NCBI RefSeq assembly: GCF_006345805.1 | Contig: NC_043000.1 | Location: forward strand, 25,978,001 to 26,042,000 | Direction: 5' to 3' | DNA from: Octopus sinensis | Lineage: Eukaryota | DNA length: 64,000 nucleotides | In this document: positions 11,436-25,219 of the stretch, in pieces | How the letters are laid out: each line of letters starts with the position of its first letter | How positions within the stretch are numbered: the first letter of the stretch is position 1 | Notes under the pieces: generated by a model | Database searches by the model: none | What the model saw: only the letters and a program-made list of their open reading frames with translations | Told to the model about the DNA's origin: nothing | Made by a program: the position numbers and the translations under genes

Positions 11436-14195
11436 GCGTGTATATACACATATATATGTAATAATGCATATATATATATGATGGGTTTTTTTCCAGTTTC
11501 CATCCATCAATTCTACTCAAAGGCTTTGTTCAGCCTGGGGTTATAATAAAAGGCATTCGTCCAAGGTGTTGCGTAATAGGACTGAATCTGAAAGTGCATA
11601 ACCATGCCTGCACCTATTAATGTAAGAAGATAGTAATGTTGTTGCTTAGTTACAGGTAAACTCTGAGGAGAATTGTGATCAAAAACATCTCAGTCATGAC
11701 TACCCTGGTTTGTTATATGCCTGTCCTTCTCCAAGAACGTAGTGTAATTTGAGGGAGATTTGGCTGCTATTTCTAGTAGGTTGTGTGACCATACAGAGGC
11801 TCTCATTGGCTTGTATATCTGATAATGATTTTCTTAAGTATTACAAACATTTTGTCCTTCATAAGATTTATGTGGCAGATAAAAAAAAAATTGACATCAG
11901 TCTTAGACCAATGAATGTCTAAGTCAACCTTAGGAAGAACCAAACTAAGGGCCAACTTGACTATTATCTAACCAGATATCTTAGTTCTGTATTTTACTGG
12001 TGACCTATTCTCTACTCCCTTTTTCTCTGAAGAATGGTTATAGAATGGTGAAAAGGACAATGTTACTTGAGTAGAACTAGCATAAGAATTGGTCCAGAAA
12101 ACTATAAAGCAAGCAGCTTTATAATTGCTTTTTAATGTTAAGTGTTGGCATTTGTTTCAAAGAATTCCTTTCTGCCAGGAAATAAGAAAGATCACTGCAC
12201 CAGGGAATTAGAAGGAAGACATATTGAAATGGAATTAATGAAAAGCTGTCTGTTGAGGGTTGGAATGGTGAGGGGAATTCTATTGATTTTTGAAGGAAAC
12301 CTGGAACATTTTGAACTCCTCTGTTTCTGTTTGGTTGGTTTTTGGTTGATCATATTAGAGTGTTAAGGTATATATATGGAAGGGAAATTGAAAAATGGAG
12401 AGTTAAATATCATCATATCATCATCATCATCAGCAACAGCGTTTAATGTCCATTGTTTCATGCTGGTATGGGTTGGACAGTTTGACAGGATCTGATGGGT
12501 CTGGGGGTTGCATTGTATTCCACTGTCTTATTCCAGCATGGTTTTCTAAAGCAGGATGCACTTTCTAATGCCAACCACTTTACATCAGGTACTTTTCTCA
12601 TGGTACCAGCACTAGTGAGGTCACCTTGCCACTTGCAACACTGTGAACCCCAAAGGATTGGAAGGAATTTATGCTAAGAGATGAGCTGTCAGAAAGCATG
12701 CTAGAAGGGGGCAGAGCAGAACAGTTTTCTTGCTGTAAAGGGGCTATGGGGCTGCGTGGTTACTCACATTTAGAAGACAGTGTGATAATGATTGAAGGGA
12801 GATGAAATAGTGATGAGGCGTCCAGATGGCCCCTAAAAGTATGAGGTGAGTAGGAGTGAGTGGGGACAGTGGAACTAGGAGTGGTTGGGGATTGCAAGAA
12901 CGTAGGAAGGCGGCGAGCTGGCAGAAACGATAGCACGCCAGGCGAAATGCTAAGTGGTATTTCGTCTGCAGCTACGTTCTGAGTTCAAATTCCACCGAGG
13001 TCGACTTTGCCTTTCGTCCTTTCGGGGTCGATAAATTAAGTACCAGTTATGCACTGGGGTCGATATAATTGACTTAATCCCTTTGTCTGTCCCTGTTTGT
13101 CTCCTCTGTGTTTAGCCCCTTGTGGGTAGTAAAGAAATAAGAACGTATGGGGGTGGGGAGCGAGAGATGGAGAGAAGCAACAGCTATGGCAACAAAAGGG
13201 TTAAATCTGAAGAAGTGACATATTCATGTAGAGAACAAAAAGAACAATGGCAGAGCATTTTTCTTCCCCTTCCCAATCATTTGTGCGATTTTTGACTTCA
13301 ATATTTTAATATTTTCTCTCCAGTTTCCATAGTTACATAATTTAAGTGCAGTTTTATTTACTGTCAGTTTCATTTTCTTTTTTGTCGGCTTAAAAATTTT
13401 TTTATTTTGCATCATTAAAAAAAAAATGTATTTGACATTTGTAGCTGTTTTCTCTTTTATTTTTCTTCTTTCATTCATATTTAATTCCGCATGCACCTCT
13501 GAAGTTGTACAACGCAGCTGCAAGTTACAAGGTTATGTTGACAACAAATAAATTATTTCACACAGATTCTTCCTTGGCACTCACCTCTACCAAAATAAAG
13601 CTATTTGTCGATGTTGTGAGAATTTAGAAGCATAGAAATAAGATGAAGGAATTCTTCGAGATGGTACAGCTCAAAGCAGATAGAGCTATAAATAACAGCA
13701 TATAAATATTGGGTTGAAAAGTCCTTTTGAATAGAAGAAGTTGAAGGCTACCTTCAACTTTATTCAAAAAGGTTTTAACCTAATCTTTCTACATGCTATT
13801 CTTTATAGCTTTATCTGCTTCAAGATCAATGGAGCTTTGGTATTATGTTTTGGTCTTGTTTCAGTCATGGGACTGTGGCCATGTTGGGAGATTCTCTTGA
13901 TGGGTTTAGATGAAACAAATTGACCTCTACTTGTTATCAGGATGTAGCTGTGGGGTAAGTGGCTTGCTTCCTAACCACAGGGTTCCGAGTTCAGTCCTGC
14001 TGTGTGGCATCTTGGGCAAGTGCCTTCATACTATAGTCTTGGGCCAACCAAAGCCTTGTGAATGGATTTGGTTGATGGAAACTGAAAAAAAGCTCTGTCG
14101 TATATGTGTGTGTTGGTGTTTATATCTCTGTAACTTAGCTGTTCAGCTAAAGAGACCGATAGAATAATAGCAACATTTTGGGCTTACAACATTTT

Positions 14196-14240
<45 letters not shown>

Positions 14241-14819
14241 TTGCTATTATGTTAAACTGTTGTATGTCCAAATTCACTCAGTATTTATTTTCGCTTGCAA
14301 TAACTGGTTCTTTTGGCCAAACTATGATATCTCCAGCTGCTTCAGATGCCAATATATCAAAATATGTCCAAGTGTAGTACAACGGTTTTGCTATGGAATG
14401 GTGAAACTATTTTTTCATTTTCTGAAAAAGCAACGATTTGGACACTTTTGCATAATAGCAACGATATATATTATTCTTTAACAACAATAGTATTGGCAAT
14501 CCTTTGAAGTTTCGGCCAGCTGAGCCATCATGGCACTCACAACCATTATCTGACAACAGAACAAAGAGGCACATACACACGCGCACTCACACACATGCAT
14601 ATATACATACATGCATCTACATACACACATGTACACAATAGAGTTCTTCCACCGTCTACCAAATCCACTCACAAAGCTTTGGGTCAGTCTGGGGCTATAG
14701 TTGAAGACACTTGCCCAAGGTGCCAAGCAGTGGAACTGAACCTGAAACCATGAGGTTGGGAAGTGAAACTACTTAACCACAAAGCCACACCTGCACACCT
14801 ATCTAAGACATTCAAGATT

Positions 14820-15140
14820 AAAGAGAAGGAAAGGTGTGAGGGAAGGTGAGAGAGAGAGAAAGGGAAAAAGAGGAAGAGAGAGAGGAAGAAAGAAAACAAG
14901 AAAAAGATAAAGGAAGAGAAAGAAAGAGAAAAGGAAAGAGAAAAAGGGAGAAAGAGAAAGAAAGAAAAAGAGGAAGAGAGAGAAAAAAAGAAAAAGTGAG
15001 AAAGCAAGAGTGAGAGAGAGAGAAAGAAAAAGAAAGAGAAAAGAGAAAGAGAGAAAAAGGAAGAGAGAGAGAGAGAGAGAAAAGGAGAGAGAGAGAAAAA
15101 GGAAGAGAGAGAGAGAGAGAGAGAGAGACAGAAAGAAAGA
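14820..15140. repeat. Polypurine (GA/GAAA) tract
   Basis: Directly visible. Confidence 0.95.
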
Positions 15141-15954
15141 AATAGTTTGGCTGCAAGTAATGAGGCCATTTTATTCATCTGAACATTTTCTAGAAAGAAA
15201 GTTAAATAAATATGAAAAGATTTTGTCGATAAACTGTGAGAAGAAATAGAAAGTGAGTCGACACATTATTTATTGATATGGAAAATGTGCTTTAGTTAAC
15301 GTCTTAGACAACTCCTGGCACTTGTTGTTCTCAACGGAAATATTCTTTTGTCCTTTAAAAGCTGTAAATTATATGTAGTTTAGGCCATACTGGAACACAT
15401 TGTGTGTATGGCGAAGGCGTTTGTGGCTCTGCTGTGCTTATAAAACAAATACAATGGAAATCATTAGAATATTATCGATGTTAAATGATTTTTGAGTCAT
15501 TTGTTTATCTTTTTTTTACTTTTTAATTATTTTAGCTAAATGATTTAGCAAAGCGTAGGGGTGGCTGTGTGGTAAGTAGCTTGCTTACCAACCACATGGT
15601 TTTGGGTTCAGCAAGACCCTTTATTTCACTTTGCTCCAGTTCACTCAGTTGGCAAAAGTGAGTTGTACCTGTAATTCAAAGGGTCAGCTTGTCACATTTT
15701 GTGTTACATTGAATATCCCTGAAAACTATGTTGAGGGTACCACATGTCTGTGGAATGCTCAGCCCCTTGTATGCTAATTTCACAAGCAGGTTGTTCTCTT
15801 GATCGGATCAGCATGAATGCTGATGTAGTGCCAGGGTTGTGAACAAAGTAGGATAGATGGAACTGTGTGGAAACCTGTCACTTGAACTATTCCTGTAATA
15901 TAAAAGACCCAGTTTTGTCACATATGGCATCACGCTGGTTTGGTTTGAGAATTA

Positions 15955-16320
15955 TCATCATCATCGTTTGACGCCCGCTTTCCATGCTAGCATGGGTTGG
16001 ACGATTTGACTGAGGTCTGGCAAGCCAGATGGCTGCACCAGGCTCCAATCTGATCTGGCAGAGTTTCTACAGCTGGATGCCCTTCCCAACGCCAACCACT
16101 CTGAGAGTGTAGTGGGTGCTTTTACGTGCCACCGGTATGAGGGCCAGTCAGGCGGTAGTGGCAACGGCCATACTCAAATGGTGCTTTGTATGTGCCACCG
16201 GCACAAGAGCCAGTCCAGCGGTACTGACAATGACCTCGCTCGAATGCTTTTTCATGTGCCAGTAAGGTAACAATCATGCTCGAATGGTGGTTTTTAAGTG
16301 CCACTGGCACTGAGGCCAGC
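15955..16320 (-). mobile_element. SINE-like family C with (GAT)n tail (representative copy)
   Basis: Core gttggcgttaggaagggcatccagctgtag and tail catgctagcatggaaagcggacgttaaacgatgatg. Copies are at ~575-790, 16678-17100, 19570-19806, 27935-28220, 32214-32560, 42086-42430, 44855-45045, 58240-58850 and 60380-60578. Confidence 0.8.
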
Positions 16321-16471
16321 TTGTTGCTCATATGGTTCTCTTATTACCAACGTATGGTTCTCTTAGCACTCCACTTGCACAGATGCCAGTCATCGAATTT
16401 GATTTCGATTTTGAATCGAATTATGTTAAGGATATATGTGCTTGTGGAATACTTGGCTACTTACCCATTAA

Positions 16472-17121
16472 TTTAACCCTTTGGCATTTAAACCAACCAT
16501 AGCTGGCCCAAATATTCTTCCTGTTTTGTGTTCAAATCAGCCAGATCTGGCCTCTCACACCTACCCTACAATGTCATTCTAAAAAATAGTCATGTCATCA
16601 AAATCTGAAAGCTACAAGATAATGTATAATTAATTCAAAACAATGGGAATAAATAAGCTTTACATTTGCTAGAGCAATCATCATCATTGTTTCACCTCTA
16701 CTTTCCATGCTGGTATGGGTTGGACAGTTTGACTGAGGACTGGCAAGCCAGTAGGCTGCACCAGGCTCCAATCTGATCTGGCAGTGTTTCTACAGCCGGA
16801 TGCCCTTCCTAATGCCAACCACTCCGAGAGTGTAGTGGATGCTTTTTACGTGCCACTGGCACAGGAGCCAGTCAGGCGACACTGGCATTGACCATGTTTG
16901 GATGGTGCTGTTTATGTGCCACCGGCACATGAGCCAGTTAAGGGCATTGGCATTGACCACGTTCGGATGGTACTTTTTATGTGCCACTGACACGGGAGCC
17001 ATTCAGGGAGCACAGTCATTGACCCATGCTTGAATGGTGCTTATTACATGCCACCAGCATGGGTGCCAGTCAGGCGGCACTGGTATCGGCCACGACTACA
17101 GTATGAATGCTAAAGGGTTAA
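16472..17121. mobile_element. piggyBac-like MITE D interrupted by a SINE-C copy (16678-17100)
   Basis: ttaaccctttggcatttaaacc...gaatgctaaagggttaa; the two halves are colinear with 854-1072. Confidence 0.75.
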
Positions 17122-19839
17122 TGAATAAATGGTTTAGTTGACGGGCGGATTGATGGTTTGGTAGAGTTTGTAGAGTATCAGATGGAATGAGCTGGTATTT
17201 GTTTCAGTTTTGTATTGCACTGCTGAGTCCAGAAATTGAACGCATGATCTAATAATCGCAAACTGAACGTTCCTAACCACTTGGCCATATGCTTTTTTGA
17301 CTTAGGAAACAATAAGATTACTGTTTTTGGACAGCTTTGTGTTACTCAGTTGATATTATCTTCCGAGGATCACTTGAAAAACAAACAAACTAAAACAATG
17401 GGAAACAATAACGAGAAGATAAAACAATTGCGAGAGAGAGAGTGAGAGAGAGAGAGAGAGAGAGAGAAAATTAAACAAAATGATATTCCAATATCTTTTG
17501 TTACATATAATGGACAAATTGTTGTGGTATAGTTTGGAATCACGGTGGTGGTTTTTATCTGTTTAACCCAAATTAGACGCAGAGAACGAGATGGAAGAGA
17601 GGAGTAGAGGAAGGAGGGAGGGAGGGAGGGGAGGAGGTGAAAGAGGATCGAGATGGAGTGGTGGAGATTCATGTCTGCATCATGCTTTGTTGCCATTTCT
17701 CTCTCTCTCTCTCTCTCTCATTACCTTTTTTTTCCTTTTCAATATTCTTTTATCTTTATTAATCACCGACCGTATTTTCTTTCATTTGGCAACAGCTTAG
17801 CAATCTCTTTTGAAATACAATTGGAAGTCACTATAATGGCCACTGCGTTCCTTTTGTTTCTCATCATCATTGTTATTAATTATTATTATTATTATTATTA
17901 TTATTCTTATTATTATTATTATTATTATTAATCATCATCGTCGTCACTGATACTATTATCCTTGATTCTGTTAGTGTTGTTATTTTATTCTTCTAGTTAA
18001 TTTTATTCTTCTAGTGGAAAGTTCCGCATATGAAGAACATGTCAAATGAATGGCAAAAAAAAAAAAAAAAAAGGGAAAAAAAAAAGCAAAAACAAACTAT
18101 TGTCCACTGATGAAACTGAATGAAGGAAGGAATGAGAGGAATGAAAAATAAAAAAAAACAGCAAATAATAGTCTGGGTTAAATGAATTGGGTTGAAGAAT
18201 GAAAGAACCGAAAGAGATAGGTTAAGACAACAATGAATTATCATTGCTTAAGAATCTCTGTCTCAGGTTTATTAAGTCTGTCACATACTTGGACTGGTTT
18301 CCCAAGTTTGGGAAGGATTAAAATGGAATAATCTAGTTCAGGATACCAAACTACAGACATGCTATAATGTGACAAAAAGGTGTGGATGTGCAGTAAGAAG
18401 TTTGCTTCCCAACCACATGGTTCCAGGTTCAGTCCCACTTGAGCCAGGTGATCTTGTGTCGGATGATGAAATGAAAGGTTATGAGACAGAACCGGGTGTC
18501 TTGCTATTGAGGAAGTACAAAGTTACCTGGCTGGAGTGTGAGAAAGAGTGAGAGAACAGTTACAGAAGTCTGGTGCGGGCTTCTGCGTGGCTGGCTCTTG
18601 TGAAACCATCACACTCATGCTAGCATGGAAGGTGGACGTTAAACAATGATGATGATGATGAGTAATAATGGTTTGAAATTCTGTTACAAGGGCAGCAATT
18701 TTGGGGCAGGGGATGAGTCGATTACATCAACCTCAGTATTCAACTGGTACTTATTTTATCAACCACGAAAGGATGAAAGGCAAAGTCAACCTCAGCAGAA
18801 TTTGAACTCAGAATGTAAAGATGGACGAAATGCGGCTAACTGTCTTGCCCAGCATGCTAACGATTCTGCCATCTCACCACCTTAATAATAATAATAATTA
18901 TTGTTAGCAAAGCCTCTACATAGTTGTCCAACCTTAACAACCAAATGTCATTCAAATTTTGTCAACTGAAACAAAAAAAAAACAAAACAAAGAACACATC
19001 AGGTAATGTAGTTCAAGATACATCATGTCTCAATAAAAGAGACAGCGTGGTCACAGCTTAAACACCATTAATAATCATAAAAGCACAGGTAAACACTATC
19101 TAAATGATAATATTAATAATAATAATAATAATAATAAAAATAATAATACTTGCAGTAATGGAATAATTTCTTAAATAAGCACAACACGTCAGATTTTAAA
19201 TTCTGGGTGGATGTGACTGATTATCCTACCTTTATCTTCTTGTGCATTAGCAACGCTAAGTTAAATTGCTTCTATAACCAAGATAAAGTGCTAATGGTAG
19301 TAAAAGCACTTATTGAGCTTGTTGTCGCTGCTGCTGCAGGTGGTGGTGGTGGTGGTGGTGGTGGTGGTGTTCAGTTTGTGTAGATGCTCTCGTTGTTTTG
19401 CCAGTGTAATGTTGACTTCCATTACAACTATACAGAAAGTAAACAATTCACAATGCTGTTTTTTTTTTTCGTTTTTTTTTTATTTTATTTTTTTCACACA
19501 TACAACACATTTCAATTCTATAAAAACTTGTTTTTGTGTTTTGTCTCCATCAGCAATTTTTCTTTCTCAGTGGCACATAAAAAGCACCAACCAATTGTGG
19601 CCTCCCCTGGCACCTGTGCCGGTGGCACGTAAAAAGCACCCACTACACTCATGGAGTGGTTGGCGTTAGGAAGGGCATCCAGCTGTAGAAACACTGCCAG
19701 ATCAGACTGGAGCCTGGTGCAGCCTCCTGGCTTCCCAGACCCCAGTCGAACCGTCCAACCCATGCTAGCATGGAAAACGGACGTTAAATGATGATGATGA
19801 TGATGACCTCTATCTTCATTCATATTTTTATTGTTCTCC

Positions 19840-20855
19840 ACGACAGTCCTGGGTAAAGGATAGGCTGAGACTGGGCGCCTGGCACTTAGAATGTTGTCAG
19901 GCGCTCACTGCTCTCTACAAGCTGAGCAATAGGATCGGTAGATGTTCCACTTCACAGATTTAAAGCGGATTGGTAGTGGAGAAGTGTGATGATGCCCTCG
20001 AGGAGACCCTAGGCGTCGATGAAGACGAACTGGCGAGTCTATTCTGGAGGACTTTTCAGATAATTTTCAGATGTCTTTGGCCTGACAGTACTACTGGTTT
20101 GAGATAAACTCTACTGGCATGGATGTGCTGTCGGACGGGCTTGTCTGAGATGCTCGCAGAGCAAAGGAACTGTTCTGCATGCATTCTTTCAGTGTCTGGG
20201 CATTGCTGACTTGTGGAGTTATGTCGAACAGCTGCTGTCACGTTTTTTGGACAGATCCGTCTGTTGTCCGAGTCCATAATGATGATTGCCCAGCCACCCT
20301 CCTTTAATCGGGCAGGCGAAGGCAGTTTTCCTTTGTCTGGTGGCTGTGGCAAAAGAGGTTATCTGCTGGATAACCTCTTTTGAGCTGAAAGGAATGAGGA
20401 CAGAAACTGCCCTCTTTGGTAAAGCCTTCATCGATTTTTTTTTTTTTCAAGTTTCACTTGAAAAGGAAATTGAGGGTGGAGAGGGAAGTGCTGTTCGCGA
20501 GTGAGTATATTGAAAGGTGGGTGAAAGTTGCGAAAATGGTAAGAGTGGATGGTACCACTCTCAGTGTAGACATGTGAGTTGGAAGAAAGAAGTTGGAGTG
20601 GGTTCTCATCCTTGGTACTCAGCATGATCTTAGATGGTGGGGTTCCTTGATTATCCCTAGCGGTCCTCCTGAACCAGGGGGATCCCATCATGATCACTTT
20701 TTTTTTTTAGCGTCATATACTATGTATATTTCCCTTCTTCTAGTGTATACCATGAATAGTTTTTATTTTATCATTCCATATGTAAACCCCAACACTTTAT
20801 GTCTGTCAATGTATTGTCCCCTCATCTTTTGCCATGGTGGCAAGTAAAAGACATC
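19840..20855 (+). mobile_element. Degenerate 3' fragment of a Tx1/L1-clade LINE (ORF2 C-terminus and 3' UTR)
   Basis: Reads GRACLRCSQSKGTVLHAFFQCLGIADLWSYVEQLL, a CX2CX8HX4C knuckle from 20142. After frameshifts it ends ...KRKLRVEREVLFASEYIERWVKVAKMVRVDGTTLSVDM* (stop at 20577). A (TTA)n tract follows. Confidence 0.8.
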
Positions 20856-20878
20856 ATTATTATTGTTATTATTATTAC

Positions 20879-20914
<36 letters not shown>

Positions 20915-21069
20915 GGCGCTGAGCTAACAGAATTGCTAGCACACTGGATAAAGTGCTTAGTGGTATTTTACTCATCTTCAAATTCTGTCAAGGTCGACTT
21001 TGCCTTCCATCCTTTCAGCGGTCAGTTAAACAAATACCAGTTCAGCACTGGGGCAGATGTAATCAACTT

Positions 21070-21144
21070 ACCGAAGTTAAGCAACATCGAGCCTAGTTAG
21101 TACTTAGATGGGTGACCGCTTGGGAAACCTAGGTGCTGTAAGCA
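21070..21144 (+). pseudogene. 5'-truncated 5S rRNA copy (about nt 45-120)
   Basis: accgaagttaagcaacatcgagcctagttagtacttagatgggtgaccgcttgggaaacctaggtgctgtaagc matches the 3' two-thirds of metazoan 5S rRNA, including box A, the intermediate element and box C. The 5' ~45 nt are absent. Confidence 0.9.
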
Positions 21145-21727
21145 TTCCATTTGTTCTAAAGGTGCTGCTCCAGCATTGCCACAGTCAAATGACTGAAACA
21201 AGTAAAAGAATAAAAAAAATTATATATTGCTGTATCTTGGTAGGGTTATAATGCCAATACAAAACTATATACATGTATGTATACACAGTCTCTCTCTCTC
21301 TCTCTCTCTCTCACATATATCACCTTCATTTCCATTTTCCAATTCAAACACTGGGTTGGACATGTCTCCTTCACTGCATTATCTCAACGCTTCTTTTAGC
21401 TCCTTTGTAATGTCCTTCTTGAGGTTCAGCCTCCCAATATCAACTGCCACCACTTCTTCCTATGTCTTCTTTGGTCTTTCTCTCTCACATGTCCACACTG
21501 GCATTTATTTTGCTTTGCAATCTAGGACTGCTCACATTCCTCATTTCATTTTGCAGGACTGTGACGAAATTCTTCATTTCTGCTCCTCTCCCTGTTAATC
21601 ATGTCTGATGCCTATCTTTTCTCAGCTGGGGTCCTGTATGACCCTTCGGGGTCCATTTAAGAATTTGTTATTAAAAATCATGTACAATTAGGTGCAGGAG
21701 TGGTACTGTGGTATCTCTGCTAGTATT

Positions 21728-22115
21728 AAGGCGGCGAAATGCTTAGCGGTATTTCATCTGCCGCTACGTTCTGAGTTCAAATACCGTCGAGGTTGACTTT
21801 GCCTTTCATCCTTTTGGGGTCGATTAAATAAGTACAAGTTACGCACTGGGATCGATATAATTGACTTAATCCATTTGTCTGTCCTTGTTTGTCCCTTCTG
21901 TGTTTATCCCCTTGTGGATAGTAAAGAAATAGGTATTTCGTCTGCCGTTACGTTCTGAGTTCAAATTCTGCCGAGGTTGACTTTGCTTTTCATCCTTTTG
22001 GGGTCGATTAAATAAGTACCAGTTACGCACTGGGGTCGTTATAACCGACTTAATCCGTTTGTCTGTCCTTGTTTGTCCTCTCTGTGTGTAGCCCCTTGTA
22101 GGTAGTAAAGAAATA
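21728..22115 (+). mobile_element. SINE family B, tandem dimer
   Basis: 18-bp TSD ggtatYtctgctagtatt (21710-21727 / 22116-22133). Confidence 0.85.
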
Positions 22116-22786
22116 GGTATTTCTGCTAGTATTTAATTATAAAAATGTAAGAGGATTTTTTAAACATCAGTTATGAATAAAATAGCAATCAAAGGGATCT
22201 ACAGACAAAAAATGGTTAAGAACCACAGAGTTAGCCAATATTGTACTTCTCCCGCTCCACCACGACTACCACTTTTTTTCAACCTTTCCAGGCCTGTCTT
22301 AAGCATTTATGGCTCTACTTACCATGCCATTCCATCACCATGTTATCCTCTGCCTGGCTGGCACCATGCTACAGCCATAGATCTGGGTGCTGGCTGCAGA
22401 AACATATTTCTAAATATGTGTGTGTGTGTGTGTGTGTGTTAGTGTTTTCTTGCCTTGATATCGGGTGATTGTTGTAAATGAGTGTCACTGTTATGCAACT
22501 GGTGTCCTTTGTTTCCAGTCTTAGGCTGAAACATGTCTAGTCATGGAGAAATATTCCCCACTTATTTAGAAGAAGCTGAGAGTTGGAGACAGGGAGGTCA
22601 TCCAGGTGTAGAAAACTTGCCACAACAGATTTTGTGAGCTTCAAAGCGTGAACGTTAAAATGACGTGTGTGTGTGTTCTTCCTAACCCATTCTTATTTAG
22701 TTAAGTCAGTACTGGTTGACTGTCATGTTCAAACAACCTAGACTCCAGAACAGGATTACTTATTTGTATATGTATGTGTATGTGTT

Positions 22787-22823
<37 letters not shown>

Positions 22824-23413
22824 ATGTATGAGTGTGTGTGTGTGTGTGTATTCTTTTTGTAATCTCAGCCTTGGTCTAATTATTCAGTCCTTTTTATCTG
22901 GAGGCCAGCCCTTCCTCGTCCACTATCCTCTCTAAAGTGCACACTTTGAGTTCAGCAACCTTTACACACTAACGACTAAATAAACTGACTTGATCGGTTG
23001 TCATCCATGTGTGAGCAGAATGAAGTGTGTTTCATGAATATCTTTTTCTTTGCAAAAACTGTTTTATCTTTATTAGCCCGAGGGATTAACGAAATTAACT
23101 CATGGCTATACCTGCTGCCGCTTAATCAGTGCGTTTGTTTGGAAGAGTGTGGATCAAGGAAAAATTACTGGGATGTGAGAGATATGTTGTATACCTTTCT
23201 GTTTTTCTTTTATTTGTTTGTCATTTGACTACGGCCATGCTGGAACACTGCCTTTAGTTGAGCAAATCGACCCCAGGACTTATTCTTTGTAAGCCTAGTA
23301 ATTCTACTCTTTTACCGAACTGCTAAGTTAGGGGACGCAAACATACCACCACTGGTTGTCAAGTTATGTTGGGGGGACAAACACAGACACACAAACATAT
23401 ACACATACTTATG

Positions 23414-23460
<47 letters not shown>

Positions 23461-24029
23461 ACATACACAACGGGCTTCTTTCAGTTTCCGTCTATCAAAT
23501 CCACTCACAAGGCTATAGCAGAAGACACTTGCCAAAGGTGCCATGCAGTGTGACTGAACCAGGAACCATGTGGCTGTGTCTATGTTTGTGTGTGTGTATG
23601 TGTGTGTGTGTGTCAGAAATATTGTTGTGATAAGGAGTTCCCCATAAATCCATTGGGTCAATTGAATTAGTATTTCAATGTATACCCCCCCCCACATACA
23701 CGTGACCTTGCTGATGACCTCATTAGTACTGATTTCATAAAAAAATGCACCTCATGACTCTGTTAAGTGGTTTAGTATTGGGATAGGTATTCAGCCATAG
23801 AAACCATTGCAGATTTTGACATTCGAGGTTGATGCAGTCCTGTGGGTTTGCCAGATCCTGTGCATGAATGATAAAGGAATTGAAGGGTTGATTCATAACT
23901 TACATTCCATTTCGTTATAATCTTGTTTTATTTTTTTATGTAATTGTGATTACAGAAACCAACAGCTCATCATTTGGCAAAAATATCATCATTACTCTTA
24001 GTTTTAAAATTTGATGATACATTAGTGCC

Positions 24030-24061
<32 letters not shown>

Positions 24062-24063
<2 letters not shown>

Positions 24064-24940
24064 CCTTTCTACTGGAGGCACAAAGCCTCAAATTTGTGAG
24101 GAGGGGACTAGTCGATTGCATTGACTCCAGCGTTTCACTGGTACTTAATTTATTGACCCCGAAAGGATGAAAGGCAAAGTTGACCTCGGCGGAATTTGAA
24201 CTCAGAATGTAGTGCTGGGTGAAATACCACTAAGCATTTTGCCTGGCATACTAACAATAGTGTCAGCTTGCTTAATAATAATAATAATGATAATAATAAT
24301 AATAATAATAATAATCCTTTCTACTACAAGCATAAGGCCTGAAATTTGGGGGAGGGGAGATAGTCAATTAGATTGACCCCAGTATGCAACTGGTACTTAA
24401 TTTATTGACCCCAAAAAGATGAAAGGCAAAGTTGACTTTGGCACGTAGCAGTAGATAAAATACTGCTAAGCATTTTGTCTAGCATGCAAATGATTCTGCT
24501 GGCTTGCCAAATGATAATAATAATAATAATAACAATAACCCTTTCTACTATAGGCACAAGGCCCTGAAAATTTTTGGAGAAGGGGGTCTAGTTGATTATA
24601 TTGACCCCAGTGCATAACTAGTACTTATTTCATTGACCCTGAAAGAGTGAAAGGCAAAGTTGCCCCTGGTGGAATTTGAACTCAGAACATAACAGCAGAC
24701 AAAATACCTATTTCTTTACTACCCACAAGGGGCTAAACACAGAGAGGACAAACAAGGACAGACAAAGGGATTAAGTCGATTACATCGACTCCAGTGCGTA
24801 ACTGGTACTTAATTTATTGATCCCTGAAAGGATGAAAGACAAAGTCGATCTTGGCGGAATTTGAACTCAGAACGTAATGGCAGATGAAATACGGCTACAC
24901 ATTTCGGCCGGCGTGCTAACGTTTCTGCCAGGTCGCCGCC

Positions 24941-24972
<32 letters not shown>

Positions 24973-25195
24973 CCTTTCTACTATAGGCAAAAGGCCTGAA
25001 ATTTGGGGGAGAGGGATAATTGATTACATTGACCCCAGTACGCAACTGGTACTTAATAAATTAAGTACTAGTTGTGTACCCTGAAAGGATGAAAGGCAAA
25101 TTCAACCTTGGTGGAATTTGAACTCAACACATAGTGGCAGACGAAATGCCTCTAAGCATTTCTGCCAGCGTTTTAACAATTCTGGCAGCTTGCCC
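24062..25195 (-). mobile_element. Head-to-tail cluster of five SINE-B units separated by (AAT)n
   Basis: The core gaaaggatgaaaggcaaagt recurs at ~24160, 24415, 24640, 24825 and 25083, all on the minus strand. Confidence 0.85.
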
Positions 25196-25219
25196 TCTTA
25201 TTACTATTATTATTAATAA

